From Myxococcota bacterium (GTDB lineage Bacteria > Myxococcota_A > UBA796 > SXON01): DNA of 64,000 nucleotides. Below the pieces are notes generated by a model that saw only the letters and a program-made list of their open reading frames with translations, made no database searches and had not been told where the DNA came from. A program made the translations under genes and the position numbers. Of this stretch, positions 46,947 through 56,354 are shown piece after piece (positions within the stretch are counted from its first letter, which is position 1; each line of letters starts with the position of its first letter). The DNA lies in assembly GCA_040386535.1 (NCBI GenBank), contig JAZKFH010000009.1:96001-160000 (forward strand), written 5' to 3'.

Positions 46947-47297
46947 ATGGCTACCGATCCTTACGGTTTTGCGGACGATGCGGCGGGAGGCGGCGGCGCG
47001 CCCGTCGACGCCGCGATCTGCTTGTGGACAGGTGTGTCCTCGCTCATCCTCGGCGCCGTGGCCCCGTGCCTCTGCTACGCGCCGTGGGTCATGGTGCTCC
47101 CCCTCTCCATCGTGTCCGTCTACTACGGCGTGCGGGCGCGGAGCGCGGGGTCCGCAGGCGCGGGGCACGACCTGGCAAACATCGCCGGGCTGGTGTCCGG
47201 CGGCGTGAGCCTCGCGCTGTCGCTGCTGTTCGTCGCGGGGGTGGTCATCTACATCGGCTTCTTCGTCGCGATCATGCTGGCCGGCGGCAACTTCTAG
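46947..47297 (+). CDS. Small membrane protein (DUF4190-like)
   Basis: 116 aa, 2-3 TM segments, AGLVSG motif; TAGGCT 5 nt before the ATG. Confidence 0.65.
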   Translation: MATDPYGFADDAAGGGGAPVDAAICLWTGVSSLILGAVAPCLCYAPWVMVLPLSIVSVYYGVRARSAGSAGAGHDLANIAGLVSGGVSLALSLLFVAGVVIYIGFFVAIMLAGGNF

Positions 47298-47313
47298 CGC
47301 CGCGACCGGGGCT

Positions 47314-48630
47314 TCAGGCGACAATCTCGCCGCGCAACGTGTTCGCGAAGGCGCGGGTGACCTTCACGTCCACCCACTGCCCGGACAGCGCGGGATCGCC
47401 GGGGAAGTTGACCATCTTGAACGTGCTGGTGCGGCCGCACACCACGCCCTCGTCGTGGGCGGAGGGGCCCTCGACCAGCACGCTCAGCGTCTGGTCGACC
47501 AGGGCGGCGTGGGCCTCGATCTGCAGGTCACGCTGCCGATCCTGGAGGCGCTGGAGGCGGGCCTGGGCCACGCCGTCGGGCACCGCCTCGTCCATCAGGC
47601 GGAGCGCGGGCGTGCCCGGGCGCGGCGAGAACTTGAAGGAGAACGAGCCCTCGAACCGGACGGCGTCCAGCAGGGTCATCGTGTCTTCGAAGTCGTTGTC
47701 CTGCTCGCCCGGAAACCCGATGATGAAGTCGGTCGTGAAGTTGATCTCGGGCCGCGCGGCGCGGAGCTTCTCGATGACCTCGAGGTAGCGGGCGCGGGTG
47801 TAGAAGCGCTTCATGCGGCGCAACACGCGGTCCGACCCGCTCTGCACGGGCAGGTGCAGGTGGGAGGCGAGCTTGGGGAGGTCGGCGTAGCAGGCCACCA
47901 CGTCGTCCCCCATGTCGCGGGGGTGGGACGTCGTGTAGCGGATGACCTCGACGCCGGGGATGGCGTGCACCTCGCGCAGGAGCTGGGCGAACGTCGGCAT
48001 CCCCGGGACCTTGAGCCCGTAGGAGTTCACGTTCTGGCCGATGAGCGTGATTTCGCGCACGCCCTGGCCCACGAGCCCCTCGACCTCGGCCAGGATTTGG
48101 TCGGCCGGGCGGCTCGCCTCGTCGCCACGCGTGGTCGGCACGATGCAGAAGGTGCAGCGGTTGTCGCAGCCCTTCGCGATGGTGACGAACGATCCGACCT
48201 TGCCCGTCGCGTCGGGATCGAGGTCCGAGGAGAAGGGGTAGCCGTCCGTGCCGAAGAACTCGGTGTCGAGGACGCGGCGGGTGCGCGCAGTCTCCACCAT
48301 GTCGCGCACCCGGCTCACCGCGTCGGGTCCGAAGACGAGATCGAGCGTGGGGTACTTCTTGAAGATCTTGCCGCCGTCCATCTGGGCCACGCAGCCGGCC
48401 ACCGCCACGGTCAACGGGCGCACCTTCTTCTGCGGGAGGATGCGCCCGAGGAAGGAGTGGAGCTTTTGCTCGGGCTTGTCCCGGATCGAGCACGTGTTGA
48501 CGATGACGAGGTCGGCGTCGTCGATGTCTTCGGTGGGCACGAAGCCGGCCGGCGCGAGCTGAGCGCGCATCTTGCCGCTGTCGTACTCGTTCATCTGGCA
48601 GCCGAAGGTCTTGATGTACACACGAGGCAT
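47314..48630 (-). CDS. miaB: tRNA-2-methylthio-N6-dimethylallyladenosine synthase
   Basis: TFGCQMN, NTCSIR, GCVAQ, GCDNRCTFC radical-SAM motif, HLPVQSG, TRAM domain. Confidence 0.96.
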   Translation of the reverse strand: MPRVYIKTFGCQMNEYDSGKMRAQLAPAGFVPTEDIDDADLVIVNTCSIRDKPEQKLHSFLGRILPQKKVRPLTVAVAGCVAQMDGGKIFKKYPTLDLVFGPDAVSRVRDMVETARTRRVLDTEFFGTDGYPFSSDLDPDATGKVGSFVTIAKGCDNRCTFCIVPTTRGDEASRPADQILAEVEGLVGQGVREITLIGQNVNSYGLKVPGMPTFAQLLREVHAIPGVEVIRYTTSHPRDMGDDVVACYADLPKLASHLHLPVQSGSDRVLRRMKRFYTRARYLEVIEKLRAARPEINFTTDFIIGFPGEQDNDFEDTMTLLDAVRFEGSFSFKFSPRPGTPALRLMDEAVPDGVAQARLQRLQDRQRDLQIEAHAALVDQTLSVLVEGPSAHDEGVVCGRTSTFKMVNFPGDPALSGQWVDVKVTRAFANTLRGEIVA

Positions 48631-48695
48631 CGGCGGCGTCTATCACGCCGGTCCCCGTCCCTCCCCTTCAGCGAACCCGCGGAACCGTAGGCGCG

Positions 48696-50465
48696 CTAGC
48701 CGGCCGCGCAGAACGCCGCGTTGCCGGAGGCGCTCTCGCACAACGCCACCGCGCGGTCGACCGGCTGGCCGCTCGTCCGTGCGTAGTCGAGCCATTCGCG
48801 CGCGAAGTCCTTCGCGAGGCCGCGGTAGCGGTCGGTCGCGGCCTGGTTCTCCTCGGAGCGCTCCTCGATGAAGTCGGCCTCGCCGTCGTGCCACATGCGC
48901 ACGGCGGTCTCCGCGCGGAGGCGGAGGAGGTTGTAGACCCGCGACATGTAGGTCGGGCCGTCCCAGATGTGCTTGTTCTCGAGCGCGTAGTCCGCCCACC
49001 GCAGCACGAGCTCAGCGTCCTCGATGTCGCCGCGGGAGAGCACGAGCGCGAACTTGAAGCACAGGTCGGGATCGGAGCGATCGAAGTCTTCGAGGTGCCG
49101 GGCGGTGAGGCGGATCCACTCGGGGAGGTTGCCCTTGGCGTCGGCGTCGATCATCAACATCCGGGAGAGCTTGTCCTTGGTGGTGAGGACCTTCTCCTCC
49201 GCGATCCGGGATTCGAGGCAGGCGGTCAGATCGGGGGTGAGCTCGCCCGTGATCGCCTTCGGTTCGAGCGCAAGGAGATCCTGGCAGGCGGCGGTGGGCA
49301 CCGGGGCGGCCGGGGGAGGGCTCTTGGCGCTCGTCCGCTTCTTCTTCTTGTTCTTCTGCGCCTTCGCGGCGACGCGCGAGAACGTGTCGAGGCGCGCCCG
49401 CGCGTCCGCCACCTGGGGCACCGCGACGGCCACCTGAGCGCCGTCGACCGTGACGGTGGCGGCGTCGTAGCGCTCGAGGAACGCCTTGAGCGCCGCGACG
49501 GAAGCCGGGGTGTTGGTGACGGTGGCCGGATCGACCGCCGCCCAGTCGGCCTTGGCCTTCGCGATGAGGTCACCCTCGGCCTTGCGGACGCGGCGCGCCT
49601 TCTCCGCGAGGGCCAGCGCGGCGAGGTCTTCCTTGGTCGGGCCGGCTTCGAGCGCGCCGGTGGTCAATGCCCACGCGGTCACGTCCGCGCGGGTCTCCTT
49701 TCCGGGCTTCTGCTCGCCGCCGCCCACCTGGCGCACCACGCGCGCCACGTAGCCCTGGGCCTCCTGGAGGCTCACCGTGCCGTCCGCCGGGGCGCCGATC
49801 TGCCCGTCGGCCCAGCCGCGGAGCGCGCCGACCACGAAGTAGCTGAAGACGCCGTGCCCGGCAGTCGGGTAGCGGTACGCGGGGTCGGCCGCCGTGGTGC
49901 CGCTCCAGATGCTGACCTTGCTGTCGGTCACGACGGGGAGCGGCGCGATCGCCTCGGGCGCGGGGAACAGGACCTCCCCGTCCCGGCCGACGCCGCCGAA
50001 GCCCACGTCGAGCACGACGACGACCTTCTTCGCCTTCGACTTCTCCGCGAGGACGACCAGCTCGTCCAGCGGGAGGGCCGCGGCGCCGAGGGCCCCCGGA
50101 TCGGCGTCGGCGCCGAGCAGCACCCGCTTGCCGTCGACCACCGCGCCGTGGCCGGCCCAGTAGATCCACAACGTGGCGCCGCCCTTCACGGTCTTCGCCG
50201 CGAGGACGATGGCCGCGCGGGCGGAGGCGGCGGTCGCGTCGTTGACGGACACCACACGCTTCTCGTCGATGCCGCGCGTCACGACGAGGTAGTCGCGCAT
50301 CGCGGCGGCGTCCTTCAGCGTGCCCGTGGCGTCCACGAGCTGGCCGAAGTCCTCCACGGCGATGACGACCGCGGCGTCCTTCGAGCTGCGCATTCCCGAC
50401 GCGGCGGGGGCGTCGAACGTAGGAGGGGACACGGCCATGGCGGCCGTAACGAGGGCGAGGAACAT
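48696..50465 (-). CDS. Secreted caspase-like (C14) domain protein lacking the catalytic Cys, with a helical C-terminal domain
   Basis: Signal-like MFLALVTAAMA; DAAVVIAVEDF, IYWAGHG, VVVLDVGFGG (canonical LDACxSG), HGVFSY. Confidence 0.75.
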   Translation of the reverse strand: MFLALVTAAMAVSPPTFDAPAASGMRSSKDAAVVIAVEDFGQLVDATGTLKDAAAMRDYLVVTRGIDEKRVVSVNDATAASARAAIVLAAKTVKGGATLWIYWAGHGAVVDGKRVLLGADADPGALGAAALPLDELVVLAEKSKAKKVVVVLDVGFGGVGRDGEVLFPAPEAIAPLPVVTDSKVSIWSGTTAADPAYRYPTAGHGVFSYFVVGALRGWADGQIGAPADGTVSLQEAQGYVARVVRQVGGGEQKPGKETRADVTAWALTTGALEAGPTKEDLAALALAEKARRVRKAEGDLIAKAKADWAAVDPATVTNTPASVAALKAFLERYDAATVTVDGAQVAVAVPQVADARARLDTFSRVAAKAQKNKKKKRTSAKSPPPAAPVPTAACQDLLALEPKAITGELTPDLTACLESRIAEEKVLTTKDKLSRMLMIDADAKGNLPEWIRLTARHLEDFDRSDPDLCFKFALVLSRGDIEDAELVLRWADYALENKHIWDGPTYMSRVYNLLRLRAETAVRMWHDGEADFIEERSEENQAATDRYRGLAKDFAREWLDYARTSGQPVDRAVALCESASGNAAFCAAG

Positions 50466-50522
50466 CAGGAGCCGCGCAGCCGTTCGGTCATGCGGCGTAG
50501 GGTAACAGAGATCCGAACGCTG

Positions 50523-52778
50523 ATGCCATACACCCGAGTTATGCCCGCGGGTCGCTCCGAGGCGCGCGTGCGCTGGTTCCTGGCTCCTCCGTCCCTCGTG
50601 TTCGGCGTCTTCGTACCGGGCGTCCTCGCCACTTCGTCCTTCAGCTGTGCACGCCCGGTGAGCGCGCCCGCCCCGGTCGTGACGGTCGTCGCCCCGCCCG
50701 CGCCCGTCGTGCCGTCCTGGCCGGCCACCCGGCGCGACGATGTCGTGGACACGCTCGGCGGCGTCGCGGTGCCCGACCCGTACCGCTGGCTGGAGGACGA
50801 GACGAGCGACGAGGTCCAGGCGTGGATGAAGGCCCAGGACGTGCACGCCCGCGGCGTCCTGCGGGGGCTCCCCGGGCGCGACGCGCTCGCGGCCCGCTTC
50901 CGCGCGCTCTACTACGTCGACGCCGTGTCCACGCCGCTCGTGCGGGGATCGCGCCTGTTCTACGTGCGGAGCCAGGCGGACCAGGAGAAGGCGGTCCTGT
51001 ACTGGCGCGCGGGCGCCGACGGCGCGGAGACCGTGTTGCTCGACCCGAACAAGTGGAGCGCGGACGGCACGGTGTCGCTCGGCGACTGGTCGCCCTCCTG
51101 GGACGGCCGGCGCGTCGCCTTCATGCGCAAGGCAAACGCGGCCGACGAGGCGATCCTGCACGTGATCGACGTCGACACGGGCGTCGTCTCCACGATCGAC
51201 ACGATCGCGGGCGCCAAGTACGCCAGCCCCGACTGGACCCCGGACGGCACGGGCTTCTACTACGAGTGGCTGCCGACCGACCCCACGATCCCGGTCGACG
51301 CGCGGCCCGGCTACACCGAGATCCGCTTCCACACGCTCGGCACGCCCCCCGCGACGGACCGCCTCGTCCACCCGCGCACCAACGATCCCGCCACGTTCCT
51401 CGGCGCGTGGATGGGGAGCGACGGGCGGTACCTGTTCGTCGACATCGCGCGGGGGTGGAGCGAGAACGACATCTACGTCAAGGATCTGAAGGGCGGCAAG
51501 GACTTCCAGCCCCTCGTGAAGGGTGCGAACGCGCGGTACATGCCGACGGCGTGGAAGGACCAGCTCTACATCTGGACCGACGAGGGCGCCTCCCGGGGCC
51601 GCGTGTTCCGCACGCCGGCGAACAAGCTGGCCCGCGCCAACTGGGTCGAGATCGTGCCGGAAGATCCCACGGCGACCCTCGAGGAGATGACGATCGTGGG
51701 CGGGCACCTCGCGTTGTCCTACCTGCGGGACGCGGCGTCCGAGCTGCGCATCGCGACGCTGGCGGGCAAGCCGGTGCGGACGGTCTCGCTGCCCTCCGTC
51801 GGCACCGCGAGCGCGTTCTCCGGGCTGGGCGACAAGGACGATGCCTGGTTCCAGTTCAGCTCGTTCACGCTGCCCCGGCAGGTGTACCGCACCTCGGTGA
51901 GCACGGGCGCGGTGGAGCTCTGGGCCGAGGTGCGCCTCCCCATCGACCCGACGCCCTACGTGGTCGAGCAGGTGCGCTTCCCGTCGAAGGACGGCACGTC
52001 GATCCCGATGTTCCTCGTGCACCGCCGCGACGCGCCGAAGGACGGCACCAACCCGACGCTGCTCACCGGCTACGGCGGCTTCGCCGTGTCGCTCACGCCC
52101 TCGTTCCGCGCGTCGATCTACCCGTGGCTCGAGGCGGGCGGGATCTACGCGGTCGCGAACCTGCGGGGCGGCGGCGAGTACGGCAAGGACTGGCACGACG
52201 CGGGGCGCGGCGCGAACAAGCAGAACGTGTTCGACGACTTCGTCGCCGCCGGCGAATACCTCACGCGCGAGGGGTGGACCCGCCCCGACAAGCTCGCCAT
52301 CTACGGCGGGAGCAACGGCGGCCTGCTCGTGGGCGCCGCGATGACCCAGCGGCCCGATCTCTGGGGCGCCGTGGTGTGCTCGGTGCCGCTGCTCGACATG
52401 TTGCGGTACCACCGGTTCGGCAGCGGGCGCACGTGGATCCCCGAGTACGGGAGCGCCGAGGATGCCGGCCAGCTCGAGGGGATCCGGGCGTACTCGCCGT
52501 ACCAGCACGTGTCCGACGGCACGGACTATCCGCCGCTCCTCATGCTCTCCTCCGATCACGACGATCGGGTCGATCCGATGCACGCGCGCAAGTTCGTGGC
52601 GCGGGTCCAGCACGCGGACGCCGGCGCGGGCCACACCCTGCTCCGCATCGAGCGCAACGCGGGGCACGGCGGCGCGGACCAGGTGTCCAAGTCGATCGAG
52701 TCGAGCGCCGACATGTACAGCTTCCTCCAGGCCGAGCTGGGGATGACGGCGGCACCCTCGTCCGTGCCCGCGCCGTGA
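50523..52778 (+). CDS. Prolyl oligopeptidase (S9A)
   Basis: DPYRWLED, GYGGF, ANLRGGGEYG, GGSNGG, DDRV, GHG; start 50523 or 50541. Confidence 0.95.
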   Translation: MPYTRVMPAGRSEARVRWFLAPPSLVFGVFVPGVLATSSFSCARPVSAPAPVVTVVAPPAPVVPSWPATRRDDVVDTLGGVAVPDPYRWLEDETSDEVQAWMKAQDVHARGVLRGLPGRDALAARFRALYYVDAVSTPLVRGSRLFYVRSQADQEKAVLYWRAGADGAETVLLDPNKWSADGTVSLGDWSPSWDGRRVAFMRKANAADEAILHVIDVDTGVVSTIDTIAGAKYASPDWTPDGTGFYYEWLPTDPTIPVDARPGYTEIRFHTLGTPPATDRLVHPRTNDPATFLGAWMGSDGRYLFVDIARGWSENDIYVKDLKGGKDFQPLVKGANARYMPTAWKDQLYIWTDEGASRGRVFRTPANKLARANWVEIVPEDPTATLEEMTIVGGHLALSYLRDAASELRIATLAGKPVRTVSLPSVGTASAFSGLGDKDDAWFQFSSFTLPRQVYRTSVSTGAVELWAEVRLPIDPTPYVVEQVRFPSKDGTSIPMFLVHRRDAPKDGTNPTLLTGYGGFAVSLTPSFRASIYPWLEAGGIYAVANLRGGGEYGKDWHDAGRGANKQNVFDDFVAAGEYLTREGWTRPDKLAIYGGSNGGLLVGAAMTQRPDLWGAVVCSVPLLDMLRYHRFGSGRTWIPEYGSAEDAGQLEGIRAYSPYQHVSDGTDYPPLLMLSSDHDDRVDPMHARKFVARVQHADAGAGHTLLRIERNAGHGGADQVSKSIESSADMYSFLQAELGMTAAPSSVPAP

Positions 52779-52785
52779 TTTCGTC

Positions 52786-54321
52786 GTGAAGCGCGCGGAC
52801 CTCGTCACCCTCGCGGCGATCGCCCTGGCGATGGTGTTGCAGGTGCGGTTCCACGTGCTCGACGATCGGGCGCCGACCGATCTGGGCCACTACTACATCT
52901 CGTTCCGCAACACGCTCGCGTGGTGGCAGCTGCACGGCGAGCTGAACTGGCGCATCGTGGACACGCCGTACAGCCTCCTGCTCGCGACGATGGGGGCGCT
53001 CCGGACCCCGACAGTGGCGTTCATGGAGGGGGTCGACACCCTCTGGTTGTTGGTGCTCCTGCTCGGGGCGGCGTTCGCCGCGCGTGCGGTTTCGGGTCCG
53101 GTCGCCGGCGCGGTCACCACTCTCGCGCTCGTCGCCTTCCCGCAGACGCACGTGCTCGCCCGCACCCACTGGATCCACCACCCCGAGGCCGCCGCGCTCC
53201 TCGGCGCGCTTGGGCTCTGGCTGGCCGCGCCCGCCCTGCCGCGCTGGGGCCAGGCGCTTGGCGTGGCCGCGCTGGTGTTCCTCGGCGAGACCATCCGGCA
53301 GACCGGCATCCCCTTCGGTGTGCCGCTCGGGGTGCTGATCCTGGCGGTGGCATGGCGCCGGGGCGCGCGCCGAACGTTGCTCCCCGTGGCGCTCGGGGTC
53401 GTGGCCGGCGCGGCCTGGTACCTCCCCACGCTCCTCGTCTACGTGCGCAACAAGGCCGGCTCGGCCGAGGGGTACGCCCAGTCGGTGACCACACCCTGGG
53501 CCTCCATCGTGGACGATCTCGGGCTGCCCGCGCTGCTCCTGGCGGTGCCGCTCGCACTGTCCGGTGCGCTTGCGTTGCGACGCCGTGATCTGTCCTCGCT
53601 CGTCGCCGGGTTGTGCCTCGTGTGGATCGTGGGCGCCGGGGTCGCGATCGCCGTCTTCCGCGTGGGGCCCGACAACTTCCCGGTCGCCGGGGCCGCGCTC
53701 GCCGTGCTCGCCGGAATCGGGGCCGCCGCGCTGCCGACGATCGCACGCCCCGGCGTCGTGGCCCTCGGCGTCGTCGCGGCGCTGCTCCTCCAGGTCCCGC
53801 CGCTCTTGAGCTACGACCTCGTGTCGCGCCTCCCCGCCGTGCTCCGCACCGCCGCGAACCCGGGGCCGCTCAACTACCTGCGCGTGTACTGGAACCCCGT
53901 GGCGGTCGAGTCCGTGCTGCCCGTTGTCGACCAGATGTGCGCGGTCACCCGCGACGACTCGCAGGCGCGCTGCTTCGTCCTGGCGACCCGCGGCCTGTTC
54001 AACCCCTCCTGGGAGGACGGCGGCACCTTCGCCCTGTTCCTATCCGGCCGCCCCAGGGTCACCGTCGTGACCCCCGAGGTGCTCTGGACGGACGACGGGC
54101 GCGCCGGGGGCGAGACCACGCGCGTGCACGGCCTCGTCGACGTGCGTTGCGCGGAGGGGGTGGCCCCGCGGGCAGGTGGGCGATTCCGCGCACAATCGGC
54201 GCGGATGCGTGCGATGTTCGAGGTGCACGGCACGGCGCCGGTCGCGACCTTCGGCGATCCGCGAGCGTGTGTGCAGACGTGGTATCTTCTACCCGACGAC
54301 GGGGGCGTGCTTGTTGAGTAA
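52786..54321 (+). CDS. Polytopic membrane protein, GT-C/ArnT-like
   Basis: TM followed by an acidic loop (DDRAPTD), ~11 TMs, periplasmic tail with Cys pairs. The family assignment is inference. Confidence 0.55.
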   Translation: MKRADLVTLAAIALAMVLQVRFHVLDDRAPTDLGHYYISFRNTLAWWQLHGELNWRIVDTPYSLLLATMGALRTPTVAFMEGVDTLWLLVLLLGAAFAARAVSGPVAGAVTTLALVAFPQTHVLARTHWIHHPEAAALLGALGLWLAAPALPRWGQALGVAALVFLGETIRQTGIPFGVPLGVLILAVAWRRGARRTLLPVALGVVAGAAWYLPTLLVYVRNKAGSAEGYAQSVTTPWASIVDDLGLPALLLAVPLALSGALALRRRDLSSLVAGLCLVWIVGAGVAIAVFRVGPDNFPVAGAALAVLAGIGAAALPTIARPGVVALGVVAALLLQVPPLLSYDLVSRLPAVLRTAANPGPLNYLRVYWNPVAVESVLPVVDQMCAVTRDDSQARCFVLATRGLFNPSWEDGGTFALFLSGRPRVTVVTPEVLWTDDGRAGGETTRVHGLVDVRCAEGVAPRAGGRFRAQSARMRAMFEVHGTAPVATFGDPRACVQTWYLLPDDGGVLVE

Positions 54322-55375
54322 GTCTACGGTTCTATTGGTCATCTCGGCGATGGCGCTCTCGGCCGCCGGGTGCGATGCGCCCCCCGCGCCCACCGATCCG
54401 TCGGCCCACGACCCCGCGAACCGCGATCCTTCGAGCCGCGGCGCGGAGGGTCCGGGCGGTCCCGGCGCGCCGAGCGGCGAGGCCCCGGCTGCCCAGCCCC
54501 CCGACGGCTTCCGGCTCCTGGATCTCGGACCTCGGTTCCTCGAGACCAACTGGGGTCCCGACATCACGGACGCGCAGCTCCCGCTGTTCAAGACCTTGGC
54601 GCTCGACGCGGTCGTGCGGGAGGACGGCAAGCAGACCCTGGTGCGCGAAGAGGAGCTGCGCCTGACCCGCGCCCTGCTCGACCGCGTGAAGCCCGATGCG
54701 CTCAAGGAGCGCACGCACGCCTTCGTCGCCGCGGAGCGCTCCCTCGTCGAGGAGCAGATCAACACGGTCCTGGCGTTCTTCGACGTGTTCACGCCCGACC
54801 AGATGGCGACACGCCTGCGTCTCGGCCAACCCCCGATCCTGGTCGAGCTCGTCGCGTCCCACCCGATGACCGGCACCGGCAACCCGTTCGCGCGCACGGC
54901 GACCGACCACCTCGACGCGACCGAGATCGAGGAGGTGCTCCGTCGCAAGATCGACGTGCACGCCCAGTACCTCGTGTACCAGTCGGCCCTGGCGGGCTCG
55001 GTGGCGGCGGTGGGCCGGCTCGACCTGACCCAGCCGAAGTGGGAGGAGGGGTACCAGGACATCACCCAGGGCACGCTGGACGCGTGGGAGACCTACCGTC
55101 GCCACTCGGTCGACGCGTTCATCCACTTCCTCTCCACCTTGCCGGCGGAGCGACGCAACACGTTCCTGCTCGCCGACGGGCTCACCAAGGTGCTCCAGCC
55201 GGCCGAGGTGCGCGGGGCGTCGGCCACGTCGGGTGCGCAGGGCGGCGGTGCGCCGGGTGGCGCGCCCACGGGCGGGCCGGGCGGGGGGCCTCCGGGTGGA
55301 GCGGGTGGCGCGCCTCCCGTCGGAGCAGGTGGAGCGGGTGACGGCACGCCCCCTCCGCCTCCGCCGGCCCAGTAG
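54311..55375 (+). CDS. Helical lipoprotein with Gly/Pro-rich ends
   Basis: (L)LSKSTVLLVISAMALSAAGC lipobox-like N-terminus; overlaps the upstream stop. Confidence 0.6.
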   Translation: MLSKSTVLLVISAMALSAAGCDAPPAPTDPSAHDPANRDPSSRGAEGPGGPGAPSGEAPAAQPPDGFRLLDLGPRFLETNWGPDITDAQLPLFKTLALDAVVREDGKQTLVREEELRLTRALLDRVKPDALKERTHAFVAAERSLVEEQINTVLAFFDVFTPDQMATRLRLGQPPILVELVASHPMTGTGNPFARTATDHLDATEIEEVLRRKIDVHAQYLVYQSALAGSVAAVGRLDLTQPKWEEGYQDITQGTLDAWETYRRHSVDAFIHFLSTLPAERRNTFLLADGLTKVLQPAEVRGASATSGAQGGGAPGGAPTGGPGGGPPGGAGGAPPVGAGGAGDGTPPPPPPAQ

Positions 55376-56242
55376 TCAGCGCCCGCGCAGGTCGGAGAGC
55401 TTCCGCAGGATCGCGACGTTCGCGCTCCACGGCCCCGGCGCCAGCCAGTTCGGGCGGGGCGGCCGCGTGCCGCGCGGGTGGTCGTTGATCTGGAACCACG
55501 GCGCGGTGCCCTTCGCCACCGCGTCCATCATGCGCTCGGCGTGGCGGAGCTCGCCCGGCTGCGCGTGATCGGGCCACGCCTGGAGGCGGATGTAGCCGCA
55601 CCGCAGCGCCCCGATGTGGCGCACGGGCTCGCGGGGGCGCCAGTAGTCCTCGTCGTCCAGCCCGTGCCCCGCCGCGGGGACGAGCCGGGTGCCGCCGGTG
55701 GTGATGATCTCGCGGTCGCTTGGGCCCTCCCAGTCCAGGAGCCAGCGCACGGGCCGATCGTCGATGCCGCGCTCGACGGGGTGGGCGAGCGTGGGGACGG
55801 CGGCCACGATGCCGTAGGAGAGGGAGAGCACGCCGACGCCGGACACGTCGGGGGCGTCCATCAGGGCGCGGATGGCGACCCGGAGATCGTCCTGGTGCTC
55901 GGGCCCGCCGAAGTCCTCCTCGCCCCAGCTGTCCCCGCGGCCGGCCGGATCGAAGGTGAGTACCGCGTAGCCGAGGCGCGCGACCTCCGCGGCGGTGACG
56001 GCGGAGGCGAACGTGTCGACCTCCGCGACGCCGTGGTGGATGGCCGGGCTGATGACCACCCCGGGGAGCGTGGCCTGCGCCGTGTCCGGGCGGGTGATGC
56101 GGGCCGCCAACGGGTAGCCGGCCGCGGAGAGCAGGCGGAGCTCCGTGCGGACCACCGGCGTGCGGGCGGTGAGCTCGCGGAGGCGGCGACGGAGGAGGTG
56201 CTGCCTCCATTCGAGGGAGCGCTGGGCGCCGGCAAGGTCCAT
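55376..56242 (-). CDS. Alpha/beta hydrolase
   Basis: GYAVLTFDPAGRGDSWG, LSLSYG elbow, DWEGP; start ATG 56242. Confidence 0.8.
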   Translation of the reverse strand: MDLAGAQRSLEWRQHLLRRRLRELTARTPVVRTELRLLSAAGYPLAARITRPDTAQATLPGVVISPAIHHGVAEVDTFASAVTAAEVARLGYAVLTFDPAGRGDSWGEEDFGGPEHQDDLRVAIRALMDAPDVSGVGVLSLSYGIVAAVPTLAHPVERGIDDRPVRWLLDWEGPSDREIITTGGTRLVPAAGHGLDDEDYWRPREPVRHIGALRCGYIRLQAWPDHAQPGELRHAERMMDAVAKGTAPWFQINDHPRGTRPPRPNWLAPGPWSANVAILRKLSDLRGR

Positions 56243-56354
56243 TGGGCGGCGCCCGTATCGCGGCGCTGAGCTCGCGTCTCCACTCCGCCCGCCCCGCACC
56301 CGGATAGATGGGCCGGTCGGACCGTGCGGCGCCTGCCGCCTCCTTGGAGCTGCC

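Noticed and set aside
48696..52808. Two overlapping ~1300-aa proteins on opposite strands
   Set aside because: Each track ORF is a real gene (caspase-like 48696-50465; prolyl oligopeptidase 50523-52778) extended by the shadow of the other; the two genes are simply divergent.
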